64,000 nucleotides of DNA from assembly GCA_050575255.1 (NCBI GenBank), contig JBNZDD010013730.1:4115671-4179670 (forward strand). Direction: 5' to 3'. Shown here piece by piece: positions 48,901 through 61,103 of this stretch (position 1 is its first letter; each line of letters starts with the position of its first letter). The notes below the pieces were generated by a model. That model ran no database searches. It was not told where the DNA came from and was given only the letters and a program-made list of their open reading frames with translations. The translations under genes and the position numbers were made by a program. The DNA comes from Harriotta raleighana (Eukaryota).

Positions 48901-51900
48901 AAATACTGAAATGGGCTGTTTTTATGTACACTTTAAGTGGCACATAAAGTGATATCTGATCTAAAAAGCATTGTGCTTATTATCACCTTTCCCATTCCCC
49001 ATTTCGTTGGTTTGAAGGTTGTAACAACTTCAGAATTTACTACAAACAGTGGCTCAATACTTGTATTAGAAAACCACAGCAACTTCTCAGCTTCCAGACT
49101 CTCAATGCAAGCTGACTTAACAATGTTTCCCGTCAGCAAACCTTATTTTAGTGATGTCCTTGTCTCACTACTTTGTCGTAAACTATAAGCTCTAAATCTT
49201 TCTGTAAACGAGCTTGCTAAATATAAGTGAACACATTAGCTAAGTAAAATCTTTAAGGATCCAAATGTTTGATCCAAAATCCAAATTCAAGACTCTCCCA
49301 ATTTAACTTGACTCTGAACCTATTTATCAAAATAGTGCTGAGCATAGCATAGTGAGATATGACTACTGAAAGCAAATTTTATGTTGGGTCGTAGGTTAGA
49401 ATTCCCTGCACAAATAAAAAATATATACTGTATACACATTGTATGACAATGGAAAAAATGACCCTCTGAATGTCCTTTTTGGATCTGAATGCAGAAGATT
49501 CATGTGAACTTAGCCTCATTTCTCTAGTGGCCTCTGGCTGATCTACCACTTTCTGCTCAGCAGTATTCCAGTCTTACTCAAATGTTTCCTGGCAATTATG
49601 TCCATGATCAGACCTAGAAACTTGCAATTGAAAGTGCATGTGAAAGGTTTGGGTTTATAAGTGTTGATGTCTTATATCGAGAAGAGTCTGATTTTTAAAT
49701 GAGAAATTGGTTAGGCGTGACAGATTATTAGTTTGTTCAATATAGGATCTGAAAGTGGGAGTGGGGTAGGAGGGGGAGATCATACGACAAAGCTGCACAG
49801 GTTGTTTATTTTCAGAGTCTGACTCGGGATTTAACTGTGTTGTTGTTCTTCAAGATCGAGATTGATCTGTTTGTCAAAACAGATTAACTCTTCTACTGTT
49901 TCACATGTACTGCATGAAAGGCTGGCTTTGAAAGGTTTTAAATTTTTTTTTAAGAGTCCCCTTAACCATTTCTGTCTCTTGTCTGTCAGCTTTGCAGTGC
50001 ATGCCTTACTTAAGCTCAGTAACTAAAAGCTCATCTAATTTTATCTAGTGGTGGTCAGTCATGTATGAGAAAGTTAACTTAAATAATCCTCTGAAGGTCA
50101 AGGCAATGATTGATTGATGGATTGATTGATGAACCCTTCAGTCCAATTTTGACCTTCTCTGGTAACCTCCCATCAGTATTGTGCGCTTTCATACAAAAAT
50201 TTCAGTTAGTTGTTGAGATCGCAGTTTCTATATGTACTGAAGATACATTTCTCAGTCCAGTAGATAACATGAAATTCATCTGAAATCATCTGGTCTTCCT
50301 TTCAAGCAACCAAATCTTATGCTTGTAGACTTCTCAAATTATACTGTTCTGGGTGTTGGGACTTTAGTGATTTTTCCACAGTTTCTGATCAATATCTCTT
50401 TCGGCTGCTTAAAGTAGTTTGCACCCGATTTGATTTATATGTTCAATAGTTCTGTAATCGTTAGCTTGAAGAGTTCAGATGGCTTTGTCTCTATGTAATG
50501 ATTAAAGGTCTTTTCAGCTGCAGGCTCATGAATAGAGCTTACACTTCCTGCCTCATTGTAAACCTAACTCACTTGTCCTTAAAATCTGATGGTATCTTTT
50601 AAAGCAGATTTTTTCATTCCGCTATTTGTATCCCCATTTCTCTTTGTATTTCCATTTTCCACCATTCAAGCTGAATCTTGCTCCACAACCAATGGCAGGA
50701 CCAGTTTGAAACTGACTGATGATACTCTGGAGCTCACTAAATACCACAAGTTTTTCTCAGCACACTGCTTCCATTGAATCTCTCAAACTGTTCTCTCCCG
50801 TGTCCATCGCTTTGTTCACTTGCTCTGCCTAATGACACTGCTTTCAATCTGAAAGTTACAAGCTCCACATGGCATCATCCCATGGAAAGGTAAATGATCT
50901 TTTAATTGCAAGTGGAGTGTTGGCAATGAGTAGGGTTAATCGCTTGTACCACTTTATCCTTCCATTGAGACAGTGAGAAAGAAACAACTTGTACTTTATG
51001 GGCCCTTATTATTTAGAAAATTCTCAAGGTACTTCACAAGTAATTGCTATCAAATGTAGTAACTGTTTTCGTAGGCAAATACAGAAGCCGTTTGCACCAG
51101 CAAGATCCCATAAGGGTTCATACAGTGAATGTCCCATTAATCAGTAGGCTTGTTGACCAGGATACCAAGAGAAACTCCTTTCTCTTTTTGAACAGTGTCA
51201 CAGAATCTGTAATGTTCAGATGAACAGGCAGAAGGGACCTTGGCGTAATATTTCACAACCCACCCATGGATTGGCACAGCTTGGTCCCAAACAGTGGCAT
51301 AAAAAATAAAAAAAGTATATATTGAAACTTAAATCCATAAATTCCTCTTTGGGATCTGACTTGTCATTACTTGTCCCTTGAACAGGAAGTTTAATCTATC
51401 AAGTTATTCACCAATCTTTGGGTAACAATTACTATTTTGCAGAGATAATGCTTATTTTATACTAATTGCTGATTGATAATCCAGAATCTTATCTGAATTC
51501 GCAGTCCATTCATAAAACTCCTTTGTGTTTAAATTCCTATCTTTTCAATCAAGCCTACGGGCACCTCCCCATCCCTTTTGTCCCTTGCTGGGCATCCAAT
51601 CCAGCCTGTGAAATGTTCGAAGATGTTATGTTAAATGAAGAGCACTATATAAATACAATTTGTTGCTATTATTGAACTGGAAGCCATGTAGTTGATCAAG
51701 CAGAGGTGCGTGTCAGAGTAGTGGTATAGGATTTGCTATGGACCAAGAGAATAAATTGAATTGAATCTCTGTGCAATAAACGTAGGCCATTAAAATAGCG
51801 GCTTGTGATTATGGACAAGGTTACAACCAGCAAAATGTTTTAATTTACCTTGGATAAAACTCTTGCAAAAATATGTTCTTGCCTTTTGTTTATGGGGAGT

Positions 51901-52519
51901 TCAGATTCTACAAGGCCATATTCAGTAACGTTTTTTTTATCCTCAACAGTATAAGGCTAAAGCATTTCAGTAACAGTGACATTAAACACGCCATCACAGC
52001 TCCACTGAGTCTAGTTTGTTCCATTGTCCACAACTTCTGTTCACTTGCCCAGTTTTAACGTTACTGCTTCCACTTTAGAATTCAAAAGCTCCATGTGGCA
52101 TTCTCCATGAAAAGTTCAACAATCTCTCAGCTGTACACTCAGATCTATTTTTATCTTGCCCCATTCGAGGGTGCTTGAAGTCTTTGTAATTGTAATCTGG
52201 ATAAATACTGAATATAGTTGCAAGGTATAATTTGATTGAGCGCTTCATTTGATTGAGCAATATCTTAAACCGTGTGAGTGAAGTCTAATAAATTTGCAAG
52301 TCATCTGCACTCTCCAATTAAATACCAGCCTTTATTCTATTCCCAAGCACTTATTTTCTTTTAATATGTTATATTGTATTGATCCTAACAATACGCGTGA
52401 GATTTGGATAAAGAGGTTTTTAGGCCTATGTTACTCACCCTTCAGGTGTGCTAAACTTATTACATTTTGCAATTGGCTGTCGTATTTCATCCAATACAGA
52501 GTCAATTCAGATTAGAGTT

Positions 52520-52712
52520 TAATCCTTGCATTTGATACAGCATTTTTTTTTCACGTTTTCTAGACATCTCAAAGCGCTTCACAGAATATACCGTGAAGTG
52601 AATTAACTATATAGATGTGGGCTATATATATACTGTATTTAGAATATTATGTCTTGAAGATGTGATACGGTGCTGATAATGTGATAATGCAAGGTTTATT
52701 ATTATTATTAAT
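52520..52712. repeat. Inverted pair of SINE 3' fragments (tails outward)
   Basis: - copy taatccttgcatttgat...gtgaattaact; + remnant gaagatgtgatacggtgc...atgcaaggtttattattatt. Confidence 0.7.
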
Positions 52713-52893
52713 AAATGTTCATTTCAGTACTAAGTAAATGGGTCAGTATAACCTAACCAAGTGTTCTAAGTGACCCTTCTAGCTTTAGCTAATCTCTAAG
52801 TAAAGCAATACTATTTTATGCTACAATGACCAGAACACAATACTGCAGGTGGGGTCTGAACAAACACATTGTACTATCTGTTCTTTCTAAGTA

Positions 52894-53701
52894 CAGGTAC
52901 CCCTGATTTATGACAGGGTTGAGTTCCTGAAAAACATCACGCTAATCGAAATCTCGTAAATCGGAACGTAGATTCCCTATGGTCCCATTACATAACCCGA
53001 GATGCACTGTTTGACAAAATTTTCGGACCTTAAACCCACTAAAATATCACACAAAACACACAAAATAACACACAAAATAACACACATAGGCAAGATTTTG
53101 TATCTAAAGTGATGACTTTGCAGGGTCTCTTACTGCTAGCAGTATTACTGCTGCTCATTTCACTTACTGTCTCTTTTCTGACATTGTATAAACACAATAG
53201 AGGCTGTAAATCGCTCAAAATTGTGCGGTCTTGCTACAAAAGAAGCTGGCTTTTAAAACACTAAAAAAAACTTTTAACGCTAAAAAAAAGCTTTCAACGT
53301 TAAAAAAAAAAGTGATACTGCCGACCAACTTGTATAAAAATTGAGCGTACTTACAAAAGAACTGAGTCCACAAAACAGACAGAAATAATGTTTGGCTGAG
53401 CTGAACATCAATCGCGATATCGCCTTCTCGTGCTGGGAGGCTAATTTGGGTCGCAAAAAAAAAGGTTGGGAACCACTGATGTAGCGACATGCTATTAGTC
53501 AGTTCAAATGCTTGGATACAGTATGCGACTGCGATTTTACTGCAAAATACACTATATACTGCGCTTGCACAAAAAAGATGCGCAACAGTTTTTTGTCGTT
53601 AAAATGAAACAAAATATTGTAAATCGATATAAAGGTTAAAAAATTACGTTCATTAAATCGAAAATATGTAAATAGAGACGTTGTAAATCGGGGGATACCT
53701 A
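52894..53701. mobile_element. Non-autonomous Tc1/mariner-superfamily (Tigger/pogo-like) DNA transposon
   Basis: Imperfect TIRs caggtacccctgatttatgac and gttgtaaatcgggggatacct(a), TA on both sides (52892-93 and 53702-03), and repeated subterminal (g)taaatcg motifs. No transposase ORF. Confidence 0.75.
53447..53478 (-). mobile_element. hAT (Charlie-like) transposon terminus nested in the Tigger-like element
   Basis: Reverse complement cagtggttcccaaccttttttttttgcgaccc, the classic hAT end motif. The partner end was not found. Confidence 0.55.
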
Positions 53702-56321
53702 TAAGTACTGTAGCTATTTTCCCAGAATTGAAATATTTTTTGCACTGTATCACATTGAAAGATCTCAAAGTTCTTCCCAAGTACAGTAGTTAGTGTGAAA
53801 TGTTGTCAATGTTTCTCACAGGCTACCAAGGCAGTCACAAAATACAAGTGCTTCTGAGATGTTTTGGTGACGTGACAAGGTGCTAAATCAAATGCAACGA
53901 TTATTATTACAGTGCTACCAACAAACAGCAATTGGCTGAATTTCCAATCAAACACATTTAATGTGAGACATACGTTTGAAGGAATATTGTCAGGAGGAAT
54001 ATATGGTTTGAAAATGTACTGTTTATTTTTTCCAAAGAAATGTACAAAAGCAAAAAAATCTAAACATCACGGTGTGATATGATAGTTACAGTGGATAACT
54101 TTTAAAAAGCAACAATTCCTGTAGGATACTGTATTTGGAAACATTTCTCACCAAGAATCTGGTTCATCACACATATGGAAGAACTGTGTTCAACCTCACA
54201 TCTCATAAGAAATTTACTTAGTAGGACTTTGTGTAAAATGAGGAACAGTGAACAGATTAGCATTTGTAAGGTAACGGTGAGCAAAAGGGCTACAAAGACA
54301 TACATTTCAAAGAGATCTGCCCTTATTATAATACAATAGAAATGGCTTTTCACTACAATAAATAAAGGGGAAATCTGAGATAGATAACTGAGTACTCTGA
54401 AGATGTTTGCATTTATAAAGAGCAAGACACAGTTCATTGTTACTGTTGCTTTGGTCTCCACTTACTCTGAGATTGTGCATTCACCTTTTTCAGTCAGTGT
54501 GTAGATAGGCTAATCTTTACATTTGAGAGTTTTGTAGTGCATCACTTTGGAGAGATCAGAGCTAGTATAACTGCAGTTTAGGAATCAGACTTTACCAAAA
54601 AGACTTTATTTTGGATCAAAGCACTGACCTCCCCCCATATCATCAATTTTTTTTTTTTTACCTTAAAAGAGATTCTAAAGCAGCAATTCATCGTGTACAG
54701 AAAGCAAAATAAAAGCATTAGTTTGAACTTTTTAGGGGATCAGCCAGGTATCTGACAACATGCAGAAACCCAACGCTATGTTAAGAATATCCAAACCAAG
54801 AGTTCCATGCATCCCACCTGTACGTGGAAATTCCAGAGATACTTGTTGGGATGGAACGCACACTTTCTCCCTGGAGGGTCGCATCCTGCTTCCCTGATTT
54901 CGGAAAGTATTAGGCACAGGTTGGCAAAAACCAAGTCTTTGGACCCTAGAGTGTGCATTGGGGGTAACTGCTGGAGTGTAACCAGCTAAAAAACGCACAG
55001 CTGGTTATGGAGTCTGGCAAGCTATCCCACTGCTGGTCCAGCAAGGACCTGTGGCTTGCAGGATTTACGGGAGTCAAGCGGGAAGAATTCCTGCCACCAG
55101 TGACTGGTCTGCCCTTCCGAGTATTGTCGATGCAATTATTACATTTTAAATCTATCATCTACACGGTAAATGGCCCTTTAAATTCCCTGACTTATGTGAG
55201 TGTATCCCTCCTCAGAGTCTCATCATAATTCTACCACATTGACATGAAAGCATGCCAGAAATAGATTTTAATTAATTTTTAATTCAGTGGTGCTCGCCTA
55301 TCCTTTGTACCAAATAAAATTGAATACGTATGTGCACCACAATGCTTTGAATTCTGTTTTGTGTCTCATTGGCACAAACAAATAGAATCCAACCCTGCAG
55401 TTGATATTTTAATTCTACTGAGTTTTACCACTCTCAGTCCATCTGCTTCCAAACTGTTGGAATACTTGTTAGAAGATATTTAAATTGCAAGCTTTCTCTA
55501 ACGTCAGCAGTAAAGGAAATTAAATGCTCCAGTAAGAACTACACATTGCCTAGGTTATTTCAAAATCCCTAGGTTCCAATTTTACCAACTTCCAGATTGC
55601 TTATTAGAAAAAAAAAGCATAATATTTCAAATGACAACTTACAGCTCCTATCTTTTGTTGCACAAAAATAAAACATGTTGATTAAAGAAAAAAACATTCT
55701 TTACCAAGAAACCAGGAAAATAAGGAATGTGTCTAGCAAGAGTGGTATTTATAGTAAACCACGATTAACAAACTTACATTTTCCGAAGTCACAAACATTT
55801 TCAACTCACCTGCTGTATGAAATTAAACAGACAATTCATAATCAGTCCTACTGCAGAAACGTCTCATTTCGACTGTATTTCAGTTAGTAGTCACAGCAGA
55901 TCCTCTCAAAGAGTTCCCAGTTTCAGGACATATTCAGGGCAAGTTGAATTATGTGCTGATCAAATAAACTGCAATTGGCTAAAATGGTGCTGTAAAACAT
56001 GCAGATGTACTCAGAATCTTTAGCATCCACTCAAGGTTACATTATACTGATTTTCTTTTCTGCTGCTGACTGAAATTCTCCCTTAGTTTTAAAATACACT
56101 AACAATTCTCTGATAGTCTGGAGAGTAAATGTGTAGTATAGATTCTAACTGGTTGAGTGGTTATAGGTTCAACCTCTGGTCTATATCGAGTTAACTCACC
56201 TCAGAGGGAGCAGCAGATTGGGCATTGGTGCTTGCCCTTGGACGAGCAAAAACCAGTCAGGATTCCTAATACAGTACCTGATTACTATTTCATGTTTGTT
56301 TGTGGGACATTACTATTACAT

Positions 56322-56515
56322 GGAGTCCTGTGGCTCAGTGGGTAGAGCATTTGCATTGCAAGCGAGAGACCTGGGTTCGATTCCAGCCAGGGCGAAATCT
56401 TGGGCAAGTTTTCCTTACTCCACATGGCTGATAATAATCCCTCAGAAGAAAACAATAAGAAAAAATGGTTGTTTCAATCCACAATTGTTTGTGGGACACT
56501 GCTGTGCGCAATTGA
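56322..56515 (+). mobile_element. Young SINE 5' two-thirds (3' end lost)
   Basis: Box A tggctcagtggg, box B gttcgattcc, and Deu core, then an abrupt junction to L2 sequence. Confidence 0.9.
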
Positions 56516-56519
56516 ATTA

Positions 56520-56995
56520 CTTCTCCCAACAAAATCCTCATGGACCAGCCCTCGCCTGGTTCAACTCTTACCTCTCTCACTGTCTCCACTTTGTCGCTAC
56601 ATTCTCCTCCAGCCCCAACATTGTCACCTGTAGCGTTCGCCAGGCCTCTGGCCTTGGCCCCCTACTTTTCAATATCTACATGCTCCTCCTTGGTGACATC
56701 ATCCGCAGACATGTGGTCAACTTCAACATGCGTGTAGATGTCACCCAATTCTATCTCTCTGCCTCTACGCTTGATTCCAGATCCATTACCTGTGGAATTC
56801 CATCCTGCAGTCCCTCTGCCTCGCCCCCTCCCTGTTCCGCCTCAAGACCCTCCTCTCCGACAGTCCTATCGGTCAGCGCAAATCCCCTCCTTTCCCTCCA
56901 CAATCCCGACCCCAGCTCAGGTCTAAAACGTTGACTGTCCAGTGCCTTGGGATGTCCTCCTGACGTGAAAGGCGCTGTACAAACGCCACAATACA
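56520..56995 (+). mobile_element. L2 fragment: RT core joined by deletion to the 3' end
   Basis: GPALAWFNSYLS...GLGPLLFNIYMLLLGDIIRRH...VDVTQFYLS, then a jump to the tgtggaattccatcc (WNS-like) region and the L2 tail stem-loop. Confidence 0.85.
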
Positions 56996-57184
56996 AACAC
57001 CATTGTGTAACTCAGCTACGATTCCCTCCACATTCAAACAACTTGCTGATGTGCCCTGTCCACAACTGTTTGTGGGACATTGCTGAGCGCTTTCACCTAC
57101 AAACAAAGTCACTACTTGTTAGGAAAACATCCTGTGTTTTCAAGAAATCCTCCAGTTATCTCAAACGAAGAGTTATACATCCCT

Positions 57185-57305
57185 CAAAACACAAAATACT
57201 ATAGATGCTGGGAATCTAACGAAGGGTCGTGGACCTGAAATGTTGACTTGCTTTCCTTTCTCCATGGATGCTGCCTGACCTGCTGAGTTTCTGTTTTTGT
57301 TTTAG
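57185..57305 (+). mobile_element. Penelope-like terminal repeat with near-intact hammerhead-like core
   Basis: aaatactatagatgctgggaat, then ctaacga-agggtc-gtg-gacct-gaaa-tgttgac, then tttctccatggatgctgcctgacctgctgag. Homologous to 22893-23022. Confidence 0.6.
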
Positions 57306-58899
57306 TTAAACATCCCTGTTCATTACAGCCTCAGAATATTTTGTTAAACAAATTATTTTTTTCCCCATATTTTCATTTTTCGTGGGTGTGTGGGGAATCC
57401 TAGCTATTATTTTTTTTAATAGACCCTCAGTTTGATTTTCGGGAGCCATTAAGTAATTCTTAACCACAAATTTATTTTTATTCTTTAATGACTTATTCAG
57501 TCATAAAACTTCAGACCCAACCAAGCTGCATTAGTCAGATGAATTACAGCCGTGGAAATTAGATGCAGGTGGGAAAGGAGGACGTGGCAGAAAGAGTGCT
57601 GTCCTTATTAGAGTTTCACTGAAACACTACAGTATAGTGCCAAGGACCCTCAGCAGAACCCTTATGCCCATAGACACTGCTCCCTTTAGAAATAACATTC
57701 TCTTCCATCTGAGACGTCCAAATCTATCTGCCATTTAATTGTCGACCATTTTGATTCAGTCTCAGCCGGGAACTTGAGAGGGGTGGAGAGGACGATAGAG
57801 CGAAGGCTTTCATGGTAGCTATATTTTAAAGTGCCATGTACACTGACCGGTCACATTAATGCAACTCACTACAGTATCATGTTTTAGGAAGCTTGTTCAC
57901 ACTCCTAATTCCCCACTGAATAAGTTCCCGACCAACGTGTCAGAAGGGGGTGCCAAACTAGTGTATTATATTTGCCAACCTTTCAGATTGAATCCGATAG
58001 TCCATGTTTTTAATTTCTTGTCTACAGTCCAAATCTCAGAGCTTTGATCCAGCATTTTAAGGAACATGTTTGAATTTTTTTTTAGCACCTGCAAAGATTT
58101 TTAAAATAAAACCTAAAACACTCACAAACTTCAGTAGCTTTTGCACAATGAACTACAGTGGTCATGAGAATTCCCGGACTCAGATCTTTTGGCCAAATTT
58201 GTGCTCAATTTCTGTTGACAAATATAACTCTCTCATCAGAGGAACACTAAACAGGGAAGGAATGAATAAGTGAATCAACCCGGGTTACTCATACACCCTT
58301 AATGGATCGTCTTGGGAGAAGCATTTTCAGGTGCTTTGGAAATTAGGTTGTCTACTCAACTTCTCCGTCAGTACATGGCACAACAATAACACCAATTTCC
58401 ACGAACATAACACCTTGCACATCAAAGAACATCTCAAAGTATTTTACAAAGACAGAGTGAGAGCCCACGCTGGATGGGAGATAAGTGGTAGGAAGCAAGT
58501 AGCCTGAGGCACAGTCATTTGATATATTTTAGATGGGTGCTGAATGTAGAGAGGGAGTGGAAAACAGAAGGTTTTAAGAGTGTTCCACGCAGCAACCAGT
58601 TCCCATTATCATGTCAAGCCAAAGCCCTCATGTGAGGGTTGGTTTTACTTGAACAAGCTGCTGGAAAGCTCGCCAGACAATGACAAATGAACAACAGCAA
58701 CAACAACAACAACAAAATTACATTTATAGAGCACCTTTCGCGGCAGGAAATGAAATAAGGGGTGTGGGGAGAGTGGACAGATCTAAAGAAGGAAATAAGT
58801 CACTTTTAAAACATGGGAATAGGGATCCCAGTGATTTGTCTATCAAGCCAGGATACCGAGATTAATGAGACAACGGGACATGTACTACACTGCATAAAA

Positions 58900-59000
58900 G
58901 CAATCCTTGCATTTGATACAGCGCCTTATCATGTCATTGAGACGTCTCAAGCCACTTCACAATATATACTGCAAAATGGATTGACTGTATTTTATGGATG
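58900..59000 (-). mobile_element. Young SINE 3' fragment
   Basis: aatccttgcatttgatacagcgcc...gagacgtctcaa...ttgactgtattt. Confidence 0.75.
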
Positions 59001-60355
59001 AACAAAATTGGCAGCAGAAGAAGCCCAATCCTAACAAGAAAACAGCAGCCACATTGGAAACTAAAAGTATTCGGACTATAACATTTTGTTACTGAGTCAA
59101 ATTTCAAGATAGAAGGCCAAGGATTTTTTTTTTAAAAAGCAGCTCACATCAGTCCAATTTTTAAAAGAGAGCAATTTGACATGTGAAAGAAAAGAGCAGT
59201 AACATGGAATCTTTAACAACAACAAAAAGACATTTCCTGGCCTAGCAAACCCAAACCATTTTCAAAATCTTCCATTTCAATGAGCGGGGGAGTCGGGCTC
59301 TGTATAATTTAGTTCGTCTGAGAGAAAAGGTTTTCACTTACAATGGCTCTCGTTATATTGCACTGTTTTTCCAGCTCTTAATAAAATAAGTACAGTATAA
59401 CGAGGTTCTTCTGTATTTGCAAAATCAGTCATGATTTTTTAATCCACAGAAAACAAATTCTAGATAAATATGAAGCACTCACTTCATCTTTAATGATATC
59501 ATTCAGATATGCAGTGCTCAGTGGAAATTTTCAAGTTGAAAATGCATTGTTTGGGCTTTCTAATATCTTGTGGTTATAGACTGGAAAGTCTTATTTTGCA
59601 TTTGACTTCGACAGTAATTAGTTGGGAACTGTTTGAAACACAACCGGCTCTCAAGTAATATGGTTCTTTATACTATTTAAAAAAAAANTTATTTTGCATT
59701 TGACTTCGACAGTAATTAGTTGGGAACTGTTTGAAACACAACCGGCTCTCAAGTAATATGGTTCTTTATACTATTTAAATTTTTTTTCTTTGCACAAACC
59801 CAGCCCTGATCTCAGTGGAAATTCTGGACAGCCCCCGAAACAAGTGCCAAACAACAACAACAAAAAGTACATTTGTATTGAGCCTTTCACAGTTGGGAGG
59901 AATCCCAAGGTGCAGAAATCTATTGATAACTCCACCCACCACAGGGCAGAAAATATGTTGGGACAATGTACTCAGCACCAATAATACCATACAACTCGTT
60001 GTGGCAAGTTATGTTACCGCAGGAGTTGAGACAAAAACCCACTTCGGGAGATGACAGTCGATCACCTCCACAGGCTACAATTCTGTCTTACTTATGGCTT
60101 GTACTACTGCCCTGAAGGCAAGACTGTGCCCAGAGATAGTACTGTTGAATAGTACAATAGGTTTAATCCTTAGCTCATCTCAACAGCAGGTGGGAAATAC
60201 GACCCCCTTGGATATCTCCAGACTGGAAGAAGGGTTCGGAAAAAATATACGTGACATGGACTATAGTTGGAAGATATATGATACTGCTTAGCTGTAATAT
60301 ACCAGTCCCTTTACGAACTAATGTTAGTCAGTATAAAAAGCAAGACATGCATTGT

Positions 60356-60711
60356 GGAGTCCTGTAGCTCAGTGGTTAGAGCACTTGCCTCACAAGTGAG
60401 AGACCTGGGTTTGATTCCTGGCAAGGCAAAACGTGGAGCAAGTTTCCTTACTCCACACTCCTGATTTCCTAGCATAATGTAGGAACCCGGTTGTTAGTCG
60501 ATAGGCAGGTCGTTTTTCCAGGGGGTAATAATCCTTTCAAAAAATAATAATAAAATTGGTCATTTCAATCCACAACTGTTTGTGGGACACTGCTGTATAC
60601 AATTGTCTATGTTTCTCCCATAAAATATACAGTCAATTCACTTTACAGTATATTCCACTTTGAGATATCTCAAAGACATGAAAAGGTGCAATATCAAATG
60701 CAAGGATTATT
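60356..60711 (+). mobile_element. Young tRNA-derived SINE, full length, with ~60 bp extra internal segment
   Basis: Head, Deu core and tail as in the 27035 copy, with extra sequence at ~60466-60525. Confidence 0.9.
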
Positions 60712-60794
60712 GTTTGTATTATGTTGGCAATTGGCTGAAGAGAAACTACAGAGGGAAGTCATGAGAGGAACTAGATTGAAATGTTGGGAGATAT

Positions 60795-61103
60795 TCAAAG
60801 GGATGGCCCAATGAGTATGGGGGCTACTGTTATACCTAATACATATAAATGATCTGTATTGCTAGATTCAGTACAAAATACATAAATACATAGATAACAC
60901 TCAAAAGAAGCAGTCAAGATGATATGAAATGAAGCTCGACAGAATATGGACCTGGGATGATCACTTGCAAATGAATTCAATACAGATAAAGCACAAAACT
61001 GAAGATTGGAAGTAAAAATAGGAGGCAAAATATGCATGAGCTATGCATGAGATAGATCTTGCCATGAGAGAAGCTGAAAGAGATTTGGAAGCGTTGGTTG
61101 ACA
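60795..61103 (+). mobile_element. Highly decayed CR1 RT fragment
   Basis: Pieces translate to GLLLYLIHINDL, RIWTWDDHLQM.F/N..K, LKIGSKNR and EAERDLEALVD, matching the CR1 RT motif order. Confidence 0.6.

Noticed and set aside
48933-50830. Coding-looking minus-strand stretches at ~48990-49140 and ~50570-50830
   Set aside because: Weak splice sites or internal stops and no recognisable homology. Could be pseudogene debris but cannot be supported.
54102-55228. Several overlapping 60-119 aa ORFs
   Set aside because: No consistent frame, splice structure or motif.
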